Shown here piece after piece: positions 38,334 to 51,905 of a stretch of DNA of 64,000 bases. Where the stretch lies: NCBI GenBank assembly GCA_951406725.2, contig OX597826.1, positions 12,400,001-12,464,000 on the forward strand. Reading direction: 5' to 3'. Every line of letters begins with the position of its first letter. Positions within the stretch are counted from its first letter, which is position 1. Below the pieces are notes generated by a model. That model saw nothing but the letters and a program-made list of their open reading frames with translations. It did not search any database and was not told where the DNA came from. The position numbers and the translations under genes were made by a program. This DNA is from Octopus vulgaris. Lineage: Eukaryota.

Positions 38334-40339
38334 GTTCAGACCACGACTCATCTAGCTATTAATTAGGGATAAAGAATCTAAACTTAATTTAGCGGTATAC
38401 CTCATTTATAACAAGTCGTTTAGGGTTCGAATCTTAGGGCTGATAACGTTAGTGATTGAGAGAAGTTAGATGTAATTAAATTGTTGGGGTGGTGTTATGA
38501 CAGCAGCTGGATATTCGAGCCGGGTATAAAGCAAAATTGTTCGATGAGCTAGTTTGTACACATATTTATATAAATAGGTCGATGTGCGTCTGTCGTTATG
38601 TTTGTGTTCACTCCTCATTACAACCTGACAACTGATGCTGGTTGTTTAAGTCCCTGTAACATAGCGGTTCGACAAAAGCTTCCGATAGAAATACCAAACT
38701 TGAAAAAAATATATGTTCTATGGGTGATTTCTTGGTCTAAACCCTTCAATGTGATGAATGCCTCAGCATGACCGCAGTCAAAAGACAGAAGCAAGTAAAA
38801 GGTAAATTATGAAAGACACACGCACACAACTCTCTCTCACACACACACAACACACACATACATAAATACATACATACATACATACAACACACACACACAA
38901 ACACACACACAACTCACACACACAACACACACGTACATACACATACATGTGCGCATGCGTACTTGTGTAGGGCTGTCAAGATTCATTAACTGAAAGTTGT
39001 AGCATACGTTCTCTATGCTAAACCAAGGATAAAACCGAAAGTCCTGATTAACCATAAATGAATACACAAATAATTTACACTCAAACTGATTAATCTCAAT
39101 TCCGCTCGTTACAATTAACATAACAAGTGTGTGTATCTGTGTATTTACGTGAGTGTGCATGCGTTTATGCGAGTATGCGTTCGTATGCATTTGCTGATAA
39201 TGCATTTGAGCTTACATCGTAAATCGATAAAGAATGCCATGCACAGCGGTTTAAAAAACGTAGCCCTTTTTATAATATATTGACTACATAGCCCAGGGCT
39301 CAGGTTTCAGCAAAGAATTCCCTTTGCAAATCTTGAAAAACAACAGCACAACATTTCTACTGGCTTTTAGCAGTTGTTCGAATTCCTGTCAATAAAGCCA
39401 TCGATTAGGCATAACGTCTTCTAACTTTGGCACACGTTCCCCAGATAAAATCTCTAAAATGATTTGTTTGAAAATTCTTCTTGCAGCTTTAGAATGTTCC
39501 AGCGTCGAACAATAACCTCACCGAAGGTATTTTAATGTAATAAGCTTGCAGTTATTTTTGTTTTACTTACATTTCTCATCTCCATGCTACTTCTCTTACT
39601 ACACAAAACGACTGTATGTAGCTAGAATGAAATATATGGAGTGTATTGGATGTACTGTTAACACATTCACAGCAAAATTCAATTTCATGGTTATTCTGGT
39701 AATGATGTTAAATACCTACAAAAAAAAAAAAAAAAAAAGAAATAGAATTTGGCACTTTCTGCAAATCACGTAGCGAGAATAAACTTGACATATCTCAACA
39801 AAAAATAGCTTCCAACATGAATATTCTTCAACAAAAGATATACTGGTATATAAAGCTGCATCCTGCAGTTAAGCGTAATGAGTTTTTCATTGGATATTTA
39901 TCATTTCTATTATAAAATAATTAAAGGAATTAATAAGGTCGAATAATCAATGGATTCAATGACAAAAAGAATTCCTAAGATCATCTGCAGCTTTTTAACA
40001 ATTTATTTGCTTTTCTTTCCAATCTTTATTAAGGACATTCTATGCAGAAACATAAGATAAACTATATGAATAATTCATTCTAGAAAAAAATGGAGATATA
40101 AACAGTGAAAATAGTACTGGTGTCTCTCTTGCCTCTTTGAAATTGTATATACAATATTTCGGTTTCGTTACATACAGCGTTCCGTGTGTGTGTGTGAGAG
40201 AGAGAGTGTGTGTGTGTGAGTATATGTGTATGAGTGCGCGCGCGCGTGTATATATTATGAATATATACTAATATATATGTGTGTGTGTGTGTGTGTATAC
40301 ATACATCTGTATATATATAACTACATTTGTATATATATT

Positions 40340-40495
40340 TTCTTATTCTCCCTCTATTTTCCCTAATTTCTTTCTGCTGAAGAGCGTTGGCTCGAAACGT
40401 AAAAGACTGTCTCATTTTCCCGAGCATCAAACTAATACGCCTATTTGTACATACTCCTGTTTTCGTCTTTTGTTTTTCGTATAAATTTCAATTGC
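40340..40495 (+). mobile_element. Short HHR-bearing module related to 24088-24300
   Basis: HHR 40369-40406: tcttt CTGCTGA a gagc gttg gctc GAAA cg TA aaaga (A6>C). Confidence 0.6.
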
Positions 40496-40768
40496 ATACA
40501 CACACACACACAAACACACACACACATATATATATATATATACATACATACAAGTAGGTGTAGGTTTCCATCAGCCAGTTTGCTCTCTGTATACTTATAA
40601 TCGTGGTGAAACGCGTGTAGGAACTTCAATATAAACTTTTAGTTTATCTTTATTTTTCATCAGATACATACATACACACATACATGCATGCATACATATA
40701 TACAAACATACACACATACATGCATAAATACACATACACATAATAGTAAATAATATATAATATATATA

Positions 40769-40828
40769 CAGTAAAACCTCGGTTTACGAACGCGTCTGAT
40801 CACGAATAAATCGTGCTTTACATATCTA

Positions 40829-40875
<47 letters not shown>

Positions 40876-40951
40876 ACATACAAAAATTCAGGGTGCTTAC
40901 AATTAATAGTATATACAGGTGCTTATCTATACATACATATATCTATACATA

Positions 40952-41035
<84 letters not shown>

Positions 41036-41112
41036 TATCTATCTATCTATCTATCTATATATATATATATATATAATACGATTTATTCATGATCAGATAA
41101 TAGGTATTACTG
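40769..41112. mobile_element. pogo/Tigger-like MITE remnant filled with microsatellites
   Basis: ta-CAGTAAAACCTCGG ... aggtattactg-ta; subterminal IR tctgatcacgaataaatcgt / acgatttattcatgatcaga. Confidence 0.6.
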
Positions 41113-42431
41113 TATATGTATACATATATATATATATATGTGTGTGTGTGTATGTGTGTATGTATAGCTAGATAGATAGATACATGCATATATGGGTACA
41201 GGACATTAGCAACGGTACAAATAACATGAAATACGTAAAGAAAGGAGTTAAATACGTTTTTGGTCTAACGACACTTCATGTTTCGTTTGCATTCGGTTTC
41301 CTTGCATGTCTTCACTCTCATGTTTTTGTTCCCAACTTTGACTCTCCATTGATCCTAAATTTTATTTTAGAATTTATAGGAGCAACTGTCTGTGAAGCAA
41401 TTGTCGTTGAATGTTCGAAATGAGTAGCTAAACAGCCGATTATTGATGAAAGGTAATTTTTCAATGTTTACTTGTCCTGCTTTCCAATTTTGTTTACACA
41501 TTCAACTCGTTTGTTTACGCATTTTATATTATTTGCAAAGCTAGTGATGTCCTCTACTCATATATGCATGCATATATATATATTATATATTATTTACTGT
41601 TGTTCAACTGAACGCGACGTATCCATTTCCAAGTAAGTTGAGAAACGTATTAATGCGTAGCATTTATATACATAGATAGTTACATATTGTACGTGTGGGC
41701 GTGTGCGTGTCTGCAATCGTGGCCTTAGAACAAAAGCACATTTAATATATATAGATATATGTTACATGCAGAACTTGGACAGATTTTGATGATGCACGCT
41801 ATGTCTCTAAATGTCCATACGTCTTAATGTTTGTGTTTTGTAACTGTAGTGACTCGTGTATGTGTGTATATACATATATATATATATATCAATAATACAG
41901 TGATTGTTTCTTATCAGGAACAAAATGTTTAATAGGACTGCTATAGAAATGCTCAATTGAATGAGACAAATATATCAAACTAAAGTTACAGAACAAACAA
42001 ATGCAAGGTCATCCATATAACATTTCATAACTCGAACATTTAATCATAGAACATACATTTATGACATCACGGAAGATGAAACATAACTCATCTGTACAAG
42101 CATATAAGAAAGTGCGAGAAAAAAAGTGTGAATACAGTTCATCACGGTTAATGTTAATACTTTAGCGATTAAGAAATATATATTTTTTTAAAAACCTTAC
42201 AACACCTAGAAAATAAATACGTAAAAATATAGTATAAAGTAATATATAAATATATAGGTATATATAAAAATATATATATATATATAGGAAGCATATAAAT
42301 AAGTAATATATAATGTAAAAATAAAAGTTCATCGTTTAGAAAATCTTTTTTTTAAAAATTACTTTTCAAATAAAGGAAACATATAGTTAAAAACCAGTGT
42401 CCAAGCAAAGAAAGAAGAAACCATATTTACA

Positions 42432-42513
42432 TTCCCTATGGCCATTTCAGGGGTACTTTACTGTATTTAAAGCACTAGGGTGCATCACAGTAATAACTCC
42501 TTCGTCAGGGGAA
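42432..42513 (-). ncRNA. Type I hammerhead ribozyme in PLE 3' terminal region
   Basis: ttccc CTGACGA aggagt...acccct GAAA tggcca TA gggaa; about 280 nt downstream of the GIY-YIG stop. Confidence 0.85.
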
Positions 42514-42789
42514 ACAATAGAGAGACAGGCATCATCCCGTACCGGGGCGAGACCTCCTTAACTAGACTTAACACAATATTGTGTGCTTATTTATTGAAGA
42601 AGTTATGCTTCGACGAGCCAAAATGAAAGAATTAGAGCAGTAAAAAAAAACAAAAAAAAAACCGTTAAAGTTTAAAAAAATTTTTTTTTAATATAAATTA
42701 AATTAAATTAAGAAGAAAAAAAAATGGGTGTATTAAATTAAATTAAATTCAACCTCCGTGGTTTCAATTCCCTGTAAGAGCTAAATCAT

Positions 42790-43230
42790 TTATTTGCTAC
42801 AACTTATTTTATTCCTATACACTTTTAAGAATGTAGATGAAAATTTATGGATGCAAAAAGGAATCACGTCAGTAAATTTATTCAGAGTGTGTGGTCCATA
42901 ACACCTAAGGATGGTAAGGGATTCCCTTATGCACAGCTTACACTTGTTAATATTTCCCTTGAAATTTGGGGTTTTAGAGACAATGGACCATTCTAGATAA
43001 TAATTCTTATTATTTTTCTTCAAATTATGTATATGGGATGCAAGTGTTGTAGAATTACAATATTTATCGTTAGAAAATGAGCTCATATGCAATCTATATC
43101 TAGCCTTAAAATCTACCGTGCTACCTATATACAATTTATTTAACTTATCCTCGTCCTTGACTACACATTTATATATGACGTTAGTAACTAGACAGGAACC
43201 AACTAAAGGACATAATTCGAGGTTTCTACA
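42790..43230 (-). pseudogene. Penelope-like element GIY-YIG endonuclease C-terminus (5'-truncated, uninterrupted 146 aa)
   Basis: CRNLELCPLVGSCLVTNVIYKC...LYIGSTVDFKARYRLHMSSF...STTLASHI...LEWSI...CKLCIRE...LNKF....FCIH. Confidence 0.88.
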
Positions 43231-43689
43231 AGATCAGACAAAAAGGATGTGTTTATTAATTGACATGAGTATTCCCTGTGATCACAATATAGCGGCGAAA
43301 GAATTTGACAAGATTATAAATATAAAGAACTGCTAATAGAAATTGAAAAAAATGTGGCATCTCAAGGCGACTACAGTACCAGTGATTGTAGGATCTCTAG
43401 GAATGATAAAAAAAGGTACTGAAACCTATTTGAAAATGATTCCAGGCTTACCATCCCTACAGAAAGGGTAAAAAACCGTATTAACTGGAACGGCTCATCT
43501 ACTGAGAAGAGCATAATCGCTGTGAAAACAACATCCATCCATGAATTTATTTATTTATTAATTTTTAAATACATATTTTATCTGTGAATTTGCGTGTGTA
43601 ATCTGGGAATGCATACAATGAGCTTCTCTGCCCTAGGTGTATGGAAAACACTCGGCGAGAAACGGAAGAAAATTTGAAGAAAGAAAAAA

Positions 43690-43752
<63 letters not shown>

Positions 43753-43755
43753 CTT
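43231..43755 (+). mobile_element. R4/Dong-clade LINE 3' end (restriction-like endonuclease) with (TAA)n tail
   Basis: DQTKRMCLLIDMSIPCDHNIAAKEFDKI(frameshift)KYKELLIEIEKMWHLKATTVPVIVGSLG...TAHLLRRA. Confidence 0.88.
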
Positions 43756-43883
43756 TTCTATTTTAGGCACAAGGCATGAAATTTTGGGGGAGGTGGCCAG
43801 TCAATTAGATCGACTCCTGTACGGAACTAGTAGTTAATTTATCGACCCCGAATGGATGAAAGGCAAAGTCGACCTCGGTGGAA
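43755..43883 (-). mobile_element. SINE family A fragment
   Basis: Central domain and tail. Confidence 0.8.
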
Positions 43884-43897
43884 TAATAATAATAATG

Positions 43898-43998
<101 letters not shown>

Positions 43999-44680
43999 AA
44001 GAAGAAGAAGAAGAATAGTAAAGCTGAAGTGAAGATAAAATATATAGTGCGTGTGTTTAACTGGTAGAATAAGATCATCCCCAAGTATAACAATATCTGT
44101 TTAAACACAATTTCGCTTCAAAAATCTTGCAAAACAAATATATAAACGTAATAATTTCAAAATCAATCATGAAAAGCAATCGAACGGTGTTTCGGACATT
44201 AACCTCTTTTGAATATCAGAAAAGATGAAAGACAAAGCAAAACTGGAAAATGAAGGAAGATGAAAAAAAAAGAAATCTAAAAAACGAAAAAGCGAATTCC
44301 GGTGAAAGAAGCCATTCACATATGTTAGCAGTTGACTGACCGGAAATAGAGTATTGGAGACACAAAATGGCGTATTTTGAGACAGAAGAATGAATGCTAA
44401 GACTGGTGTATGTATAGGTACGCTTTGGTGTTTAGGTGTATGTATGTGTATAAAGGGTACGTGTGTATGTGGTGTATTCTATGTCGTCTGTCGTGTTATG
44501 TTGTGTTCGTATGGGGACGTAGACATGTATTTATTGGTCGCAGTGAGTTCTGAGTGTGTCTATATATGTTTGACGTATGAAGTAGGAGGTAAGCTAATGA
44601 GAGTTTTTAGTCAGCAAGTTAATCTGTGTTTGTGTGTGTGCGCGTGTGCACATGTTTGTGTGCAATGTGTGTGAGAATCA

Positions 44681-44900
44681 TGTGGCGAGCTGGCAGAAAC
44701 GTTAGCACGCCGGGCGAAATGCGTAGCCGTAACGTTCTGAGTTCAAATTCCACCGGGATTGACTTTGCCTTTCATCCTTTCGGGGTCATTAAATTAAGTA
44801 CCAGTTACGCACTGGGGTCGATATAATCGACTTAATCCGTTTGTCTGTCCTTGTTTGTCCTGTCTGTGTTTAACCCCCTGTGGGTAGCAAAGAAGAAAAA
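44681..44900 (+). mobile_element. SINE family A with 17-bp TSD
   Basis: aatgtgtgtgagaatca at 44664-44680 and 44901-44917. Confidence 0.92.
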
Positions 44901-44939
44901 AATGTGTGTGAGAATCAGTGCGCATGCGTGTGTACTTAT

Positions 44940-45128
44940 ATTGATTTCAAATTTTGTCACAAGGCCAGCAATTTCAGGAGAAGGGTAAGTCGATTACATC
45001 AACCCCAATGCTCAACTGGTGCATATTTTATCGACCCAGAAGGGATAAAGGGCAAAGTGGACCTCGGCAGAATTTGAACTCAGAATCTGAAGACGGACGA
45101 AATACCGACAAGCATTTTGCCCGACGAG
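44940..45128 (-). mobile_element. SINE family A
   Basis: Diverged reverse complement. Confidence 0.8.
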
Positions 45129-45221
45129 CTATATATACATATATACCTATATATATGTATATATGCTTATATATATACGTATATATACATATATATATAT
45201 ATGAGTGTGTGTGTGTGTGTG

Positions 45222-45253
<32 letters not shown>

Positions 45254-45313
45254 TACATATATATACACATGTAAATATATATGTATATATACATATATAT
45301 GTATGTATACATA

Positions 45314-45572
45314 TTATTATGGGTGCCCCCTCACTGTCGAGTACGGCCATTGCACGAAGCTTAACTGTTACTGGTGCTGTGATCGAATGTGACTTTTTAG
45401 CCCAGCTAAAGATCTACAATGTCTTGTACAGAACTGGCAATTAAAACATTTACCGGTAATGGCCGGCTGTAGTTGTAACTGGGCTTCATATACCTTTGCA
45501 CGTCGTTTAAGTCCTCCTGCCAAATTACACTCTCTTCCACATGCCTGACAGATATGATTAGTATGGTGTGTA
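45314..45572 (-). mobile_element. RTE-like LINE 3' end with two C2H2-like zinc fingers
   Basis: HICQACGRECNLAGGLKRR...FNCQFCTRHCRSLAGLKSHIRSQH*; short 3' UTR and (AAT) tail. Confidence 0.7.
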
Positions 45573-45581
45573 ACATATATA

Positions 45582-45628
<47 letters not shown>

Positions 45629-45690
45629 CATTATTGGTGAATTGAAGAAATGGAGCTGAACGCAGATTGAACAGAAATCGTTTTATTTCA

Positions 45691-45771
45691 TTCTACACGT
45701 GTTTCGAAAGGCACAAATTACCAAAATCCGATGGAATAATGGGACCATATTGCGTCTTTCTTCTTCAGGAA
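45691..45771 (-). ncRNA. Type I hammerhead ribozyme, inverted copy
   Basis: ttc CTGAAGA a gaaag...ctttc GAAA cacgtg TA gaa. Confidence 0.75.
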
Positions 45772-46256
45772 GAAAATAGGAAATCCGTTGGAAAAACAAA
45801 AACAGAACAGAGGCGGAGCAAAAACAAATCGAACTATGCTCCTAAGAGCCCATGGCGAAACTGTTTATCAGTGTATGTTGAGAACCGGTGGCTGAAGAAT
45901 TCAACGGGTCAGGCATCGGTCAATCATGTGGGTGAGGGGGCGTAGATGTTCTTTGTGACCGAGAATAAAGTTCTGACAATTTAAGGAATATTGGATGTTT
46001 TATAAATGTTTTATTGGATGTTTTATAAAACATCCAATATTCCTTAAATTGTCAGAACTTTATTCTCGGTCACAAAGAACATCTACGCCCCCTCACCCAC
46101 ATGATTGACCGATGCCTGACCCGTTGAATTCTTCAGCCACCGGTTCTCAACATACACTGATAAACAGTTTCGCCATGGGCTCTTAGGAGCATAGTTCGAT
46201 TTGTTTTTGCTCCGCCTCTGTTCTGTTTTTGTTTTTCCAACGGATTTCCTATTTTC

Positions 46257-46336
46257 TTCCTGAAGAGAAAGACACAATATGGTCCCATTATTCCATCGGA
46301 TTTTGGTAATTTGTGCCTTTCGAAACACGTGTAGAA
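46257..46336 (+). ncRNA. Type I hammerhead ribozyme (PLE-type)
   Basis: ttc CTGAAGA gaaagacacaa...ttgtgcctttc GAAA cacgtg TA gaa; predicted cleavage after A46333. Confidence 0.8.
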
Positions 46337-46547
46337 TGAAATAAAACGATTTCTGTTCAATCTGCGTTCAGCTCCATTTCTTCAATTCACCAATAATGTT
46401 CTAATTTCAATTATCCGCACCAACGCACGGTTGCAACACCATATGGTTGTACCTCCAACCGTGCTGTTTTACTGCTGTGATTTTTGCTACTAAGGTATCG
46501 GTTAAACTTTTGATTAATCTACTACAAGATTATTCATCTTTCTATTT

Positions 46548-46603
<56 letters not shown>

Positions 46604-46623
46604 TATGTATATATATGTATGTA

Positions 46624-46731
<108 letters not shown>

Positions 46732-47344
46732 TAAATATATAAATACATATATTGTGTATATATATATATATATATATACACGTATACATGTATATGCCTA
46801 TATATATATATATATATAGGCATATACATGAGATATGCATTCTTGAATTTTCGTAGTACACTTATTCCAACAACACATACTAAAATTTATGCATCTTCCA
46901 TGGAAAGTGGATGTATTGGCACTTTCAAAGGGGCTCTGTCCCGTTTATAACTACATTCGTGTGGTTAAATAATATTGTAAGATAGTGAAATTTTGGAAAT
47001 TGTCTTTATTTAGCACCTAGTAATTATGTTGTTATTTTCATTGAAGCCGGAGTTATTTGAATTTTCACAGGGGGTGGGTATGTTTCCCCCATTTAAACTA
47101 CCTAATCGCAATGGAAATAAATTTTATGTAACTTATTGTCTTTCTCGTAAAATCTCACATGAGAACACATATTTTGCTTTTATGTATCTATTCCTTTTCG
47201 TCCTACAGATGTACAGACACACAGACACACAGATGTTGAGCTTTATGATTTAATATTATATATATTATATTACTTATATATTATATGCATATATATACAT
47301 GTGTGTGTGTGTTTGTGTGTGTGTGTGTATACTCACAATATATA

Positions 47345-47868
47345 GGAAGGGTTTAAAAAGTCTACTACTTGAGTCCCCGGAGCGCAGACGCAAGAGATAA
47401 CTAATAATCTACATATGGAATATTCTGGGAGAGCCATTACTTAATTTCCTCATCGAACGTTATACAAATCTCCGCACTGGACGCTATTGCTTCGAACTAA
47501 AGGTTCTGTCCACCCTGTCTAAAGTCAGGACCAGGTAGTGCAATAGCTTAGAGTGCAAAGACCCACAACCCATTAATGCTTTGCGTAAGAAAATTCGGAG
47601 ACCTACGTAATGTTGATGTGGGTGTATTCAAAAAGGAACTGGCCATTCTCCTATCGATGATATCAGTCGAACCACTGTCCCTATAGGGTGTACAGATTGG
47701 GGGAGCAGTGTCAACAAAGGAGGCAAATCCAGCTGAGAATCACTTGTAGGAGTGGTGATATTATATGAAGTCTGGTCACTCTGAAGATGCAGAAAAGGTA
47801 GAAAATCACGGCGTTGCTCTAACATGCCCGCACCAGTCGTATAGATGAAACGAATTAAAGAAATAAAA
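47345..47868 (+). mobile_element. CR1-like LINE 3' end, degenerate
   Basis: LKSLLLESPERRRKR*LIIYIWNIL...RTGRYC...VRTR*CNSL..KDPQPIN..(frameshift)VDVGVFKKEL...EP, then 3' UTR. Confidence 0.75.
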
Positions 47869-47882
47869 TATCTATGTATATA

Positions 47883-48069
47883 TAGGCGCGAGAGTCGCAG
47901 TGTGGTAAGCAGCTTGCTTACCAATCTCATGGTTCCGGGTTCAGACCCACCGCGTGGCACCTTGGGCAAGTGTCTTCTACTATAGCCTCTGGCCGACCAA
48001 AGCCCTGTGAATGGATTTGGTAGACGGAAACTGAAAGAAGCCCATCGTATACATATATATACACACACG

Positions 48070-48102
<33 letters not shown>

Positions 48103-48422
48103 GTGTGTGTGTGTGTATGTGTATGTTTGTGTGTCTGTGTTTGTTCCCCCACCGTCGCTTGACAACCGATGTATTTGCATCCGCTGGTGACGATGCGCTT
48201 CAAATGACGCCACCCCACTGGCTAAGCGAGTAGGCCAACAGAAGAGAGAGTGAGAGAGAGGTGTGGCGAAAGAGTACAGCAGGTATCGCCACCACGCCCT
48301 GTCGGAGCCTCGGGGAGCTTTAGATGTTCTCGCTCAGTAAACACTCACAACGCCCGGTCTGGGATTCGAAACCGCGATCCTGCGACCGCGAGTCCGCTCC
48401 CCCAACCACTGGGCCATTGCGC

Positions 48423-48474
<52 letters not shown>

Positions 48475-48505
48475 GATGGTGCGTTTACGTCCCGGTAACT
48501 TAGCG
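47883..48505 (+). mobile_element. SINE family B interrupted by family D
   Basis: Head at 47883; resumes at about 48476 (gatggtgcgtttacgtcccggtaacttagcg). Confidence 0.85.
48172..48425 (-). mobile_element. SINE family D (tRNA-derived)
   Basis: Minus head ggcgcaatggcccagtggttgggg...ggtttcgaatccc; 3' part also at 50149-50268. Confidence 0.8.
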
Positions 48506-48654
48506 TGTGTGTGTGTATAAGGGTGAGAGAGGGAGAGGGAGACAGAGAGAGAGAGAGAGAGAGTGAAAGAGAGCGTGTGTGTGCAGTTTTTTCTTTCAGA
48601 AAGTAATGCACACAGTCACACACGTACAGAAACACGTGTGTGCGTCTCAGTGCA

Positions 48655-49545
48655 TGTACGTTGCATGTATGTATGTATATTGCATGTATGTATGTTGCAT
48701 GTATGTATGCATGTATGTATGTTGTATGTATTTATGCTGCATGCGTGTATGTATGTTTGTATGTATGTATGTATGCATGTATGTATGCATGTATGTATGC
48801 ATGTATGTATCTATGTATCTATGTATGTATGTATGCATGCATGTATGTGTGTATGTATATATGTATGTATGTATGTATGCATGTATGTATGTTTGTATGT
48901 ATGTTGTATGTATGTATGTTGCATGTATGTTGCATGCATGTATGTATGTTTGTATGTATGTATGTATGTATGTATGCATGTATGCATGTTTGTATGTATG
49001 TCTGTATGTTTGTATGTATGTATGCATGCATGTATGTGTGTATGTATATATGTATGTATGCATGTATGCATGTATGTATGTTTGTATGTATGTATGTATG
49101 CATGCATGTATGTATGTATGTATGTGTGTATGTATATATGTATGTATGTATGTATGCATGTCTGTATGTTTGTATGTATGTATGTATGTTGCATGTATGT
49201 TGCATGCATGTATGTATGTGTGTATGTAAGTTGTATGTATGTATGTTGCATACATGAATGTATGCTTGTATGTATGGTGTATGTATGTATGTTGCATGTA
49301 TTTATGTTGCGTGCATGTTGCATGTATGTATGTATGTTTGTATGTATGCATGTATGTATGTATGTTTGTATGTATGTTGCATGTATGTTTGTATGTTTGT
49401 ATGTATATATGTATGTTGCATGTATGTTACATGCATGTATGTATGTGTGTATGTATGTTGTATGTTCGTATATTTGTATGTATGGTGTATGTATGTTGCA
49501 TGTATGTATGCATGTAGGTATGTATGTACGTATGCATGCTTATAT
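48655..49545. repeat. Degenerate (TATG)n array with TGCA/TTTG variants
   Basis: Direct reading. Confidence 0.95.
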
Positions 49546-49912
49546 GCAAAGATACACACACACACACACCTTTGTATATGCAAAGCCTGTATGCATGTGC
49601 ACAGAAGCAAAAGTGCACGCGTGTATGTCCGTGCGTGTGCCTGTGCAAACGTGCATATACATACATACACACCATTAAACGGAGAAAATTCACATCTACA
49701 CGCTCACACACACATGCAAGCACAGCACTACACTCAAATACAAACACAGACAACCACACCTGCACATAAGCGTACGTGCACACACGCACTCACTCATTTT
49801 CACAGACTTGCAGGCACAATCGCACAAGCGTTTGCGGGAAATCAAGCATGAATTATGGTATTTCGTAATAGACTAAAAACTAAGAAATCAACAAAAGGAA
49901 ACGGAGAAGTAA

Positions 49913-50945
<1,033 letters not shown>

Positions 50946-51071
50946 GAGTATGAAACCGCTGTACAACTACTATGTACCCGTTGTCAGCCCTGGTAGAGCA
51001 GACTTACATCAAAGCCATTACAGCCACGACCAACACGCATTAATTATTAAGACAACTTCATCTAAAGTATC

Positions 51072-51300
51072 TCTCTCTTTTACTCTTTACTCTTTTACTT
51101 GTTTCCGTCATTTGACTGCGGCCGTGCTGGAGCACCGCCTTTAATCGAGCAACTCGACCGCGGGACTTATTCTTTTGTAAGGCCAGTACTTATTCAATCG
51201 GTCTCGTTTGCCGAACCGCTAAGTAACGGGGACATAAACACATCAGCATCGGTTGTCAAGCAATGCTAGGGGAACAAACACAGACACACGAACACACACA

Positions 51301-51362
<62 letters not shown>

Positions 51363-51530
51363 TATATACGATGGGCTTCTTTCAGTTTCCGTCTACCAAA
51401 CCCACTCACAAGGCTTTGGTCGACCCGAGGCTATAGTAGAAGACAATTGCCCAAGGTGCCACGCAGTGGGGCTGAACCTGGAACCATGTGGTTGGTAAAC
51501 AAGCTACTTACCACCCAGCCACTCCTTACT
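51072..51530 (-). mobile_element. SINE family B
   Basis: Full length. Confidence 0.9.
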
Positions 51531-51905
51531 TTTTTCGAGGCAAACTGGGTGTGATTTAAGGGAGATGTCGGCTTCTATTTCTAGATTGATGAGTTCGTGT
51601 GTAGAGTTTCCTTCCTTATCTGTTTGCATATACATACATATATACGACGGGCTTCTTTTCAGTTTCCGTCTACCAAATCCACTCACAAGGCTTTGGTCGG
51701 CCCGAGGCTATAGCAGAAGACACTTGCCCAAGGTGCCACGCAGTAGGACTGAACCTGGAACCATGTGGTTGGTAAACAAGCTATTTACCACCCAGCCACT
51801 CCTTACTTTTTTCGAGGCAAACGGGATGTGATTTAAGGGAGATTTCGGCTTCTATTTCTAGAGAGATGAGTTCGTGTGTGGAGGTTCCTTCCTTATCTCT
51901 TTGCA
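51361..51905. repeat. About 275-bp tandem duplication (SINE B head plus flank)
   Basis: 51361-51627 resembles 51637-51905. Confidence 0.9.

Larger units (their letters stand above)
45627..46549 (+). mobile_element. PLE-derived non-coding insert: about 378-bp-arm palindrome with two HHRs, in a (TA)n run
   Basis: 45627-46004 is the reverse complement of about 46024-46400 (about 2 differences). The sense arm extends to 46549. Long TA runs on both sides. Confidence 0.85.

Noticed and set aside
45667-46360. Mirror-image ORFs MNRNRFISF...
   Set aside because: By-product of the palindrome; frameshifted between arms, no domain
48563-49851. Long MYVC/HTYI ORFs (up to 371 aa) and similar YI/HT/CV ORFs across the window
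   Set aside because: Translations of (TATG)n, (TA)n and (CA)n repeats, which lack stop codons
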